Part shown: positions 30,148 through 39,330 of the stretch, piece after piece
Layout of the letters: each line of letters begins with the position of its first letter
How positions within the stretch are numbered: position 1 is the stretch's first letter
DNA from: Geopsychrobacteraceae bacterium
GTDB lineage: Bacteria > Desulfobacterota > Desulfuromonadia > Desulfuromonadales > Geopsychrobacteraceae
DNA length: 64,000 nucleotides
Direction: 5' to 3'
NCBI GenBank assembly: GCA_963662315.1
Contig: OY759353.1
Span: 896,001-960,000 of the forward strand
Position numbers and translations under genes: made by a program
Notes under the pieces: model-generated
What the model saw: the letters and a program-made list of their open reading frames with translations, nothing else
Databases searched by the model: none
Told to the model about the DNA's origin: nothing

Positions 30148-30749
30148 TCGTTATCCTGTACAAAAATTTATTCAAGAATATTCCTGCTCTAAACAAACCG
30201 GTTTTAATCAAATAAACTAATCCGGCCGGCCCATAGTATTCAGCAGGAGAAAAACAACTGTAAATTACGGAAATCATAAATAAGGAAAGACACTTTACAC
30301 AAGAGACCCACGCCCTGTCCAGTTTCATCATTGAACTCTTAGGGCATTTCTGTAATATTAAAGGCCCCGCATGGCCTTAATCGATGCTACAACGGTTGAA
30401 ATGAGCGGGACGAATAGTGCGGTGATCATGCCGCAATGTTTTCATCTAAAAGATGAACATAGAATACTTATTCATTTGAATTTAAGGGGGAAATTCATTT
30501 GGAAACAGCGCATCAGTCCATACCACCGTCAAGATTCCGGGAATTGCTTGGGACGTTATTGCCAAAACAGCAACTCCTCACCCATCATCGACCTAATATA
30601 ACCCTTGAGCATCAACAGTATTCACATAAGCAGGAGCCATTGCAAAAGATTGCTATCCTGCCAGATATGTTAAACCTGACAGATATGAATCCGCCATGTG
30701 ACCATCCAGAGGCAATTTATTTGTATTATCGCAACCCCGGAAGAAACCA

Positions 30750-31538
30750 ATGAACAGTAATGATAGTTTGACGACAAAAGACCTGCAGCAGTTTCAGGAA
30801 GCCCTAACAGCCACAGGAGAGCGCCTTTATGGACTGCTGCACCACCATGATCCTGACATCCTCAGAATGGTACTTAAAAACAAGTCCCTTAACGAAGATC
30901 ATATATTGATCATTCTCAAGCGTCAGGACCTCAGCGAAACGGTTGTCACCTCCATTTACAAGAAAAACGAACAACTCCGCAGTCACCAGGTGCTCTTGGC
31001 GATCGCCCGCAATCCGGCCACCGAAAGCAACATCATACGCTCTATACTGCCGCTGCTGCGCCTGTTTGAATTGCTCGACATATGTTTATTACCAGGAGCT
31101 TCAGCCGACTTAAAACTTGCTGCGGAGAGGATTATCCTACAACGCATTCCTACCGCCCCCCTCGGCCATAAAATCACCCTTGCCCGACGAGGTACAAGCA
31201 CTATCGTCGCAGCGCTATTAAAAGAAGGGAGCAGCCAGATCGTCGATATTTGTCTGGCCAATCCTCATCTGAAAGAAGCTGCTGTCTTTCAATTTCTCAA
31301 GGGCGGGACCGCTAAAGCTGACACGATTTCCATGATTGCTCGTCACGAACGCTGGAAACAACGCCCCAATATTCGCATGACGATACTTAAAAATACCAAA
31401 ACTCCTGAAATCTGGTACACCCTGTGGCTACCCAAGCTACCACAGGCGTTGTTCATGCAGCTCCTTCAGACACTACGCCAACAACCCTCCCGAAAAAACC
31501 TGCTCCATGCTGAAAAAAGGCGCAGAGGAATGCTTTAG
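30750..31538 (+). CDS. Conserved hypothetical all-helical (HEAT/LRV-repeat-like) protein
   Basis: 262-aa ORF with recurring LKN/ARNP/LANP helical repeats; function unknown. Confidence 0.7.
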   Translation: MNSNDSLTTKDLQQFQEALTATGERLYGLLHHHDPDILRMVLKNKSLNEDHILIILKRQDLSETVVTSIYKKNEQLRSHQVLLAIARNPATESNIIRSILPLLRLFELLDICLLPGASADLKLAAERIILQRIPTAPLGHKITLARRGTSTIVAALLKEGSSQIVDICLANPHLKEAAVFQFLKGGTAKADTISMIARHERWKQRPNIRMTILKNTKTPEIWYTLWLPKLPQALFMQLLQTLRQQPSRKNLLHAEKRRRGML

Positions 31539-31836
31539 ATGACTGCTGCGACCAGCCCCCCCATGAAAACAACACAATAATGCGCACAGCGATTAAGATT
31601 GACATATTCATTGGCTATTTTGCCTGCATCACCGGCAACCCCTCAGGCAAATAAAACCTTTTCTTTATAAAACGATAGCCATAAACACTTCCAGAGCAGT
31701 CTTAATACCGTTCTGTGCACAATGATTACATCTTAATATGTTTACATTAGGTTAAACTTATGCATAAATATCAAAACATTGAATCTAAATTAGTTTTCAA
31801 TAATACCATTCACACTCAAATCACAAAACTCATATT

Positions 31837-33894
31837 TTGGTGTCAACTGTGATCAACAAGACGAATTTTTTCAAAACGGGTTGGATATTTATTATTCTGA
31901 TCGCCTTGGCACCTCAAGCTATGGCAACTGAGGATGTATTTGACATGGACCTCAGCTCCCTTATGGAAATGCAAATCACCTCAGCGGGACGCAAAGAACA
32001 AAACCTTGAGGATGTGGCATCTGCTATCTATGTCATCTCTGCGGATGACATCAGGAAATCATCCGCGACGTCACTCCCAGAGCTGTTGCGTATGGTTCCC
32101 GGAATTCAGGTTGGTCGTATTAGTTCTAATAGGTGGGCAGTAGCATCGCGTGGTTTTAATGGAATATATTCGGCCCAGTTGTTGGTCCAGATTGACGGCC
32201 GCACAGTTTACACCCCATCATTTTCAGGGGTGTATTGGGATCAACAGGTGGTACCATTTGAAGAAATTGAGCGGATTGAAATCATTCGCGGACCCGGTGC
32301 CACCGTATGGGGAGCTAATGCTGTCAATGGCGTGATTAATATCATCACAAAGTCAGCTTCTGATGCTACCGGCATGTACGTCAGTGTTGGAAGCGGAAAT
32401 TACGAACATGCAATAGGACACTTCGGTATTGGTAAGCAACTAGGCAAAAACACTTACGGCAAAACCTACCTGCAATATAATAAGCGTGGTGCGTATGACT
32501 ATTATGATGGTGATACGGCATCTGCTCAGTTTTACAAATATGAAGCGGACGCTAATGATGACTGGCACAGCACAACCGGAGGCTTTCGCCTTGATGGCGA
32601 CGTAAATTTGAATGACAGCTGGACCCTTCAAGGCGACATGTATTCCAACCACGAACGCCAGGACATCTTTCCATATTGGCACCCGGGTTCACCGACATTC
32701 TATCTCCCGGCCCTTGAAGCAGATAACTTAAAAGCCCATGGACACAACCTTTTGGCACGCTGGGAACATAGATATAGCCCAAAAAGCAACTGGTCATTCC
32801 AGTTTTTCTACGACAACTCAGAACGTAAAGAACTGATTTTAAACCAGAAACAAGACACCATAAATGTTGATTTTCAGCATCAGTTTCAACCATTTAACCA
32901 CCACGATATCGTCTGGGGAGCCGGTTATCGCCATATCACAGAAGAGTACCAGGGTTCTGAGGTTATGGGACTGAACTCATCCCACTACACTTCTGACCTG
33001 TACAGTTTTTTCGTCCAGGATGAAATAGCCGTTATTCCAGAAATTGTGTTTTTCACCATCGGCTCTAAGTTTGAACATAATGACTATACCGGCGACGAAT
33101 ACCAACCCAGTGCCCGACTGCTATGGCACATATCGCCCGCTCACAGTATGTGGACAGCTGTCTCGAAAGCCATCAGAACTCCCTCACGCTTTGAACATGA
33201 AATGTATCTGATCGCTACGCCAATAACTGATCCGGCAACAGGCGTCCCCACTGGCGATTTCACGACCATCAGTGGCGGAGAAATGGAATCAGAAACGGTC
33301 ATTGCCTACGAAGCCGGATACCGATACAAACAAACAAACTTTGCTGCTGAAATCGCCGTATTTTATAATGATTATAAAAAGATCAGAGCTTGGGATGCGA
33401 GCGATATGAGCCGTTTAGTGATTGCCAATGGTGCGAAAGGGTCAAGCCACGGATTGGAACTGACCATTCGCTATCAGCCTGCGCGCAAAGCGACCTCTGA
33501 GCTTGTTTATAGCTATATTGACTTTGATATGGATTCTTATGTCGCAAATCCTGTCGGCTACCCGTCAAATGCAAGCATTTTAAATTCCTCCAGCCCCAAG
33601 AATCAGCTGTCTTTACACCTGGGATATGCGCTTTTCGACACTATTCACGTTAATCTTTTCGGCCGCTATATTGATGAGCAAAAAATTACCAGCCTAACCG
33701 CCCAGGGCATAGCCATAGATGCGTATTTGGGCCTGGACGCCAATATCATCTGGTCGGTAACGGAGAATGTTCAATTTAAACTGGCAGGGCAAAATCTTAC
33801 TGATCCGCACCATCTTGAATTCATCAGTGAATATTTTACAGCACCAACAGAAGTCGGCCGCAGTGTTTATGGTCAGTTGAGTTACAATTATTAA
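31837..33894 (+). CDS. TonB-dependent receptor-like outer-membrane protein (plug + beta-barrel)
   Basis: Signal peptide (..APQAMA), plug motifs LPELLRMVPG, RGF, LVQIDGR, IERIEIIRGPGATVWGANAVNGVINIITK, C-terminal GRSVYGQLSYNY. Exact start uncertain. Confidence 0.9.
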   Translation: MVSTVINKTNFFKTGWIFIILIALAPQAMATEDVFDMDLSSLMEMQITSAGRKEQNLEDVASAIYVISADDIRKSSATSLPELLRMVPGIQVGRISSNRWAVASRGFNGIYSAQLLVQIDGRTVYTPSFSGVYWDQQVVPFEEIERIEIIRGPGATVWGANAVNGVINIITKSASDATGMYVSVGSGNYEHAIGHFGIGKQLGKNTYGKTYLQYNKRGAYDYYDGDTASAQFYKYEADANDDWHSTTGGFRLDGDVNLNDSWTLQGDMYSNHERQDIFPYWHPGSPTFYLPALEADNLKAHGHNLLARWEHRYSPKSNWSFQFFYDNSERKELILNQKQDTINVDFQHQFQPFNHHDIVWGAGYRHITEEYQGSEVMGLNSSHYTSDLYSFFVQDEIAVIPEIVFFTIGSKFEHNDYTGDEYQPSARLLWHISPAHSMWTAVSKAIRTPSRFEHEMYLIATPITDPATGVPTGDFTTISGGEMESETVIAYEAGYRYKQTNFAAEIAVFYNDYKKIRAWDASDMSRLVIANGAKGSSHGLELTIRYQPARKATSELVYSYIDFDMDSYVANPVGYPSNASILNSSSPKNQLSLHLGYALFDTIHVNLFGRYIDEQKITSLTAQGIAIDAYLGLDANIIWSVTENVQFKLAGQNLTDPHHLEFISEYFTAPTEVGRSVYGQLSYNY

Positions 33895-33924
33895 GGTTCA
33901 TGATTCTGGTAAACTGACACAGTT

Positions 33925-34464
33925 ATGACGAAACGCTTATTTCTATGCAGTATATTATTAGCTCCTTTACTGACAACAGTATGGGCCGCTAAATCGCCTG
34001 ATGAGAACAAAATCAGGGCGGCATTTCTTTTTAATTTTTCCAAATTCATTGAATGGCCCCAAAGTTCTTTTATCTCAACTCACGATGAACTGGTCATCGG
34101 CATTCTTGGTCCGGATTATCTTGGTGATGAATTGAAGTCGCTAAATGGACGCTTGGTACGTCAGCATCCGATTAAAATCAGTTATTACTCATCCGTTAAC
34201 GATATTAAAAACTGCCACCTGCTCTATTTGGGGACGACAAATTCGAAAATCATTAACAAAGCCCTACAATCATTAGCCAATGATCCCGTTGTCATAGTCA
34301 GCGATGCTGAAAATTTTGCTCAACATAAGGGGATTATTCAGCTTATAGCCGTGCGCGGTAGACTACGTTTTATTATTAATCAAGAAGCCGCCCAGGCTAA
34401 AGAGCTAAAGATCAATTCTCAATTATTGAGGCTCGCCATTGAAGTTATAGAGGCCAAACAATGA
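33925..34464 (+). CDS. YfiR-family periplasmic protein (DUF4154)
   Basis: Signal peptide, IRAAFLFNFSKFIEWP, CHLLYL, RLRFIIN, LKINSQLLRLA. Confidence 0.9.
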   Translation: MTKRLFLCSILLAPLLTTVWAAKSPDENKIRAAFLFNFSKFIEWPQSSFISTHDELVIGILGPDYLGDELKSLNGRLVRQHPIKISYYSSVNDIKNCHLLYLGTTNSKIINKALQSLANDPVVIVSDAENFAQHKGIIQLIAVRGRLRFIINQEAAQAKELKINSQLLRLAIEVIEAKQ

Positions 34465-37214
34465 AATGGCTATCAACGTACAAGTCCATTCGTCAAAAAC
34501 TGACTTTTATTGTCATCAGTATTTCTTTTTTTGTCATGCTGTTCTCTTGTGCCTTTGTTTTCGGCAACCTCTGGTACCTGTACCGCAACAACCTGAATGA
34601 AGATATAAAATCCCTGTCTGAAATTGTCGCCGAAAACTCAACGGCCGCCCTGGTTTTTGAAGATTCAGCAACCCTTAAAATGACATTGAAATCGTTGCAA
34701 CGCAAAAAGTCATTCTTAAAAGCAGCCATTTATCTCCAAAATGGCCGTCAGGTTGCAAGTTATGAACGCCACAACAACGATAAGCAAAGTTCTGAATCAG
34801 CGCCCGGTTTGTCTAAATTTGCCTGGATGAATCCACTGATTCAAGATCAACTCGATATCATCGAGCCAATCATCCTTGACAATGAACAGATCGGCACTCT
34901 TCACCTGCAAGTCAGTACAGCGGATTTCAAGGAGTCCATGGTTGAAATCGGCAGCCTTATCCTGATAAGTATCCTTGGCGGTATGGTGATAGCGGCCCTG
35001 TTGGTTAGCTGGTTGCAAGGTTCCATTACAAAACCGGTTCAGCTGTTGGCAGATACCATTAAACAGATCACAGATAAAAACGATTACAGCGTTCGCGTTG
35101 AGCAGGTCAGTCATGACGAAATCGGCATTCTTGCCGCCGGTTTCAACAAAATGCTTGAACGCATTGAGGAGCGTGATGGTTCTCTCGAGTATCAGGTGCA
35201 GGAACGCACAGAACAGCTTAAACATGCGATGGATGAAGCCGTAAGCCTGGCCCGTGAAGCACAAGCTGCAAACGAGGCTAAATCAAAATTTCTGGCCAAC
35301 ATGAGTCACGAGATCCGCACCCCGATGAATGGTGTGCTTGGCATGGCGGAACTCATCCTGGATTCAGACCTGTCGACAGAGCAGCGCTCAGCCCTGGAAA
35401 CCATCCGCACCTCCGGTGAATCGCTGTTGACCATTATTAATGACATTCTCGATTTTTCTAAAATTGAAGCAGGTAAGCTTGATATCGAAAATATCAACTT
35501 CAACCTACCCGTTTTGATCGATGACATCATCCAGATGCTGGCCCACCGCGCCCATAGCAAAGGAATCGAACTTATCGTTGAGCTGGACCATGATCTTCCT
35601 GAAAATATCCAGGCAGACCCCAGCCGGGTTCGGCAAATCCTTACCAATTTGCTCTCTAACGCCATCAAATTCACGGAAAAAGGAGAAGTTCATCTGAGGG
35701 TGTCATCGACCATTGAAAAACCGAATCAGTCTGAACTGCGTTTTCAGGTCCGGGATACCGGGATCGGCCTTGAGCCGGAAGAGATCGAGAAACTTTTTCT
35801 CCCCTTTACCCAAGCCGACGAATCAACGACACGCCGCTTTGGTGGAACCGGACTGGGCCTGGCCATTTGCAGGCAACTGGTTGAGCTTATGGGGGGACAT
35901 ATTGGCTGCAGCAGTGAAAAAGACAAAGGGGCTCTTTTCTGGTGCACAATCAAGGCCAAGCAGGTTGCGACGACTCAAGGGAGCACACTCAAAACCGACA
36001 TGCTTAAAGGTCTAAAAGGTTTGATTATTGATGATAATCAGACCAACAGAAAGGTTCTGGAACTTCAACTGACCCCATATGGAGCACATATCAGCACTGC
36101 CGCCAACGGGTTGGACGGGCTTGATCTTCTCTATGCTGCAAACAAGCGAAATGAACCTTTCGATTTTCTGGTTCTCGATATGAATATGCCCAAAATGGAT
36201 GGCATTGAAGTTGCCAATAGGATCAGAAAAGACCAGAGTTACCAAAACCTGAAAATATTAATGCTGACTTCCGTCAGTATGCATGGGGGAATAAATACTG
36301 ACGAGATAGGCATTGATACGTGCCTGACCAAACCAATTCGCCATATCGACCTGCTCAACAGCATTCAATCCTTACTAACTGGCGGTTCTAACGCGACACC
36401 AGGCACCTATGCAACCGACCAACTCCCTCAATTCAAAAAAGAGATCCTGCTGGTAGAGGATAATCTGATCAATCAGCAGGTCGCCAAGGGAATTCTGCAA
36501 AAACTCGGGTGCTATGTCAGTCTTGCCGGAAACGGAATGGAGGCGGTCAAAGCAGCCCACAACAAAACTTTTGATCTTATTTTCATGGATTGCCAGATGC
36601 CGGTCATGGATGGTTATCAGGCTACTACCCAGATTCGCACACTGCAACAAAATGACACGTATATTCCGATCATTGCTCTTACGGCCAACGCCTTAAGCGG
36701 GGACCGAGAAAAATGTCTGGAAGCAGGTATGAATGATTACCTGAGCAAACCCTTTTCACAAAAGCAGGTAGCGACAATCATAGAAAAATGGTTGGGTCCT
36801 GCGCAGATGACAAGCAACAACAAACTCGAAAACAAGGATAGGTCTATGGTATTTGAAGGTCTTGAAGTCATCAACTATAATGCACTTGATAACATCAGAG
36901 CCCTGGCAGGGGAAGGCAATGAAAACCTGCTGAACCAGATCATAGAAATTTTTCTGTCTGATATGCCACAGCAATTGAGCAAACTCGAAATAGCCCATGC
37001 CGAAAAGGACATGAACACTGTCAGAGCCATTGCCCATAGCATGAAATCAGCGAGTGCTAATCTTGGAGCCCTGAGGGTGTCAGCAATATTTAAAAAGTTA
37101 GAAGAAGCCGGACGCAACAATACTCCTGACAGAGTCCCAGAACTATTCAATCAGCTAAATAAAGAATACAAAATACTCGCTCCTCTGCTGCGTAAAATAG
37201 CTATATCCGAGTAG
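34461..37214 (+). CDS. Hybrid sensor histidine kinase: periplasmic YfiN-like (CHASE8-type) domain, HAMP, HisKA, HATPase, 2x REC, HPt
   Basis: Two TMs, STAALVFED, HAMP (DEIGILAAGFNKML), FLANMSHEIRTPMN, NAIKFT, GGTGLGL, DMNMP and DCQMP receivers, AHSMKSASA HPt. ATGA-coupled to yfiR. Confidence 0.93.
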   Translation: MKWLSTYKSIRQKLTFIVISISFFVMLFSCAFVFGNLWYLYRNNLNEDIKSLSEIVAENSTAALVFEDSATLKMTLKSLQRKKSFLKAAIYLQNGRQVASYERHNNDKQSSESAPGLSKFAWMNPLIQDQLDIIEPIILDNEQIGTLHLQVSTADFKESMVEIGSLILISILGGMVIAALLVSWLQGSITKPVQLLADTIKQITDKNDYSVRVEQVSHDEIGILAAGFNKMLERIEERDGSLEYQVQERTEQLKHAMDEAVSLAREAQAANEAKSKFLANMSHEIRTPMNGVLGMAELILDSDLSTEQRSALETIRTSGESLLTIINDILDFSKIEAGKLDIENINFNLPVLIDDIIQMLAHRAHSKGIELIVELDHDLPENIQADPSRVRQILTNLLSNAIKFTEKGEVHLRVSSTIEKPNQSELRFQVRDTGIGLEPEEIEKLFLPFTQADESTTRRFGGTGLGLAICRQLVELMGGHIGCSSEKDKGALFWCTIKAKQVATTQGSTLKTDMLKGLKGLIIDDNQTNRKVLELQLTPYGAHISTAANGLDGLDLLYAANKRNEPFDFLVLDMNMPKMDGIEVANRIRKDQSYQNLKILMLTSVSMHGGINTDEIGIDTCLTKPIRHIDLLNSIQSLLTGGSNATPGTYATDQLPQFKKEILLVEDNLINQQVAKGILQKLGCYVSLAGNGMEAVKAAHNKTFDLIFMDCQMPVMDGYQATTQIRTLQQNDTYIPIIALTANALSGDREKCLEAGMNDYLSKPFSQKQVATIIEKWLGPAQMTSNNKLENKDRSMVFEGLEVINYNALDNIRALAGEGNENLLNQIIEIFLSDMPQQLSKLEIAHAEKDMNTVRAIAHSMKSASANLGALRVSAIFKKLEEAGRNNTPDRVPELFNQLNKEYKILAPLLRKIAISE

Positions 37215-37426
37215 AGTTATAAGACTTCAAATTATGCTTTTTGAATCATTTTTCTGGTTTTGACCAGTCTAAATAAATATTTCAAAGAACGGTTAGGCGC
37301 TTAATATTTGGGTGTCCGCTACTGACGACCGAGGTCAGTTCGCCCAGATAAAATATTACTTTTGATCGAGAGTAGAAATAATAAAAAGAAAGTCTAAACT
37401 AATAATTATCAGCCCACATTTAACCG

Positions 37427-39220
37427 ATGGTGTTTATGATGGAAGACAACAATCCAAAAGTCATACCCCTGCAACCTCATACCGTGCTTATTGTCGATGA
37501 TGACTTGCCTGCCCGTATGCTGATGCGGGCCAGTCTTTTAAAGGGTGGCTTTCGCGTCATTGAAGCTCAAAATGGTATTGAGGCAGTCGACCTGTTTACC
37601 ATTGAACACCCTGACGCCATTTTGATGGACGTGATGATGCCGGAACTGGATGGCTTTGGCGCCTGCCGCGCTATCAGAAACTGTGACGGAGGGGATCATA
37701 TCCCCATTCTGATGGTGACGGGTCTTGAGGATATCGAATCAATTAATCGCGCGTATGATAGCGGGGCAACTGATTTTATTACCAAGCCAATTAACTGGAC
37801 CGTTCTGAACTATCGGGTTAAGTACATGTTACGTGCCAGCCAGGCTTTTTTTGATGTTGTCGATAAACAGAAGAAAATTCAGGAACTGGCATTTTTTGAC
37901 CAATTAACCGGTCTTGCCAATCGCACCCTGTTTAAAGAAACATTGACGGATGTTCTTTCAGTCTCCAAGGACAGCGGCACATTGGTCGCAGTCCTGGTTC
38001 TCGATATCGACCGTTTCAAAACCATCAATGACACCTTGGGGCACGAAATAGGCGATCTACTTCTGAAAAATATTGGTCGCCGCATTCATACCGCTATCAG
38101 TACATCGGACATCTTTTCCAGATCCCCCCTGCGTCATATAGACAACTACATTGCCCGCCAGGGTGGGGACGAATTTGCCATCATGCTTCCAAACCTGGTC
38201 GATCCAGAACAAGCCGGTCGGCTTGCCGGTCGTATCAATGATTGCTTTGCTGATTTATTTATTGAAGGACAGGAAATTTTTATTTCATCAAGTATTGGCA
38301 TCAGTATTTACCCATTAGACGGCAGTGCGGCTGAGGAATTGATTAAAAACGCCGATATAGCCATGTATCATGCTAAAGAACGTGGTAAAAACTGTTTTCA
38401 GTACTATGAAAAGTCTCTTAATATCAGTGCATATGAGCGTCTTTCATTTGAAAACGATATTCGTAAAGGAATTGCCAACGAAGAATTTGAATTATTTTTT
38501 CAACCCCAGATCAATATGGCTGATGGTAGAATTATAGGGGCAGAAGCATTAACACGCTGGTATCATCATGAACGGGGCGCGGTATCTCCTGGCGCATTTA
38601 TTCCAGTAATTGAGGAACTCGGCCTTATAGAACCCTTTACCGACTGGGTTATACGTTCTGCAGCACGTCATCAGAAAACATTGCAGGACAATGGTTTTTT
38701 CAACCTAACCGTAGCAGTGAACATTTCCAGTAGGCAATTTGTACAGCAACAGATTCCGCAGAAAATCAAAAATGTGTTTCTTCAGTACAATCTTTCCTGT
38801 GATTTTCTTGAACTTGAGCTGACTGAATCGGTTCTGGCTGAACAGAACGCCGAGACATTAGAAATATTGAGAGCTCTCAAAGAAATGGGGTTGTCTATAT
38901 CAGTGGACGATTTTGGTATCGGTTACTCGTCATTGGTCTACTTAAAATCATTTCCTATCGATATCATTAAAATCGACCGTTTTTTTATCAAGGATATCAT
39001 GACCAATCATCAGGATGCCTCTATTGTTAAGGCGATTATTGCAATGGCAAAAAGTATGAGCATGCTGGTCATTGCCGAAGGAATCGAAACCGCAGACCAA
39101 TATTATCTGTTACGAGAAATGGGCTGTGATATCGGTCAGGGATTTCTTTTCAGCAAGGCGATTTCCAGCTCTGATTTTATTGAATTGATCAAAACTGGAC
39201 AAATACTGAGCCCTGGCTAA
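37427..39220 (+). CDS. Response regulator REC-GGDEF-EAL (c-di-GMP cyclase/phosphodiesterase)
   Basis: LIVDDD, DVMMP, GGDEF, EAL, ELELTE, DDFGIGYSS, KIDR, AEGIE. Confidence 0.93.
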   Translation: MVFMMEDNNPKVIPLQPHTVLIVDDDLPARMLMRASLLKGGFRVIEAQNGIEAVDLFTIEHPDAILMDVMMPELDGFGACRAIRNCDGGDHIPILMVTGLEDIESINRAYDSGATDFITKPINWTVLNYRVKYMLRASQAFFDVVDKQKKIQELAFFDQLTGLANRTLFKETLTDVLSVSKDSGTLVAVLVLDIDRFKTINDTLGHEIGDLLLKNIGRRIHTAISTSDIFSRSPLRHIDNYIARQGGDEFAIMLPNLVDPEQAGRLAGRINDCFADLFIEGQEIFISSSIGISIYPLDGSAAEELIKNADIAMYHAKERGKNCFQYYEKSLNISAYERLSFENDIRKGIANEEFELFFQPQINMADGRIIGAEALTRWYHHERGAVSPGAFIPVIEELGLIEPFTDWVIRSAARHQKTLQDNGFFNLTVAVNISSRQFVQQQIPQKIKNVFLQYNLSCDFLELELTESVLAEQNAETLEILRALKEMGLSISVDDFGIGYSSLVYLKSFPIDIIKIDRFFIKDIMTNHQDASIVKAIIAMAKSMSMLVIAEGIETADQYYLLREMGCDIGQGFLFSKAISSSDFIELIKTGQILSPG

Positions 39221-39330
39221 ACGCTTTGCGTTAAATAGAATTATAGATTTCAAATTTTCAACTTTCATATTCCCCCCTTTTCTTTTAATATGCTTTAACT
39301 TAATTGTTTTATAAGGGGCACTCATTCTAA

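Noticed and set aside
30148..30749. SAM-I or cobalamin riboswitch upstream of metH; ORFs 30371-30601 and 30499-30753
   Set aside because: Core consensus motifs not found on the minus strand; the short ORFs lack an RBS and recognisable motifs.
31539..31836. TonB receptor as BtuB with a cobalamin riboswitch, given nrdJ and metH nearby
   Set aside because: No B12-box or riboswitch motifs seen upstream; the receptor is tied to yfiR and a kinase, not to B12 ABC genes. A TGGC...TGC sigma54-like word there has the wrong spacing.
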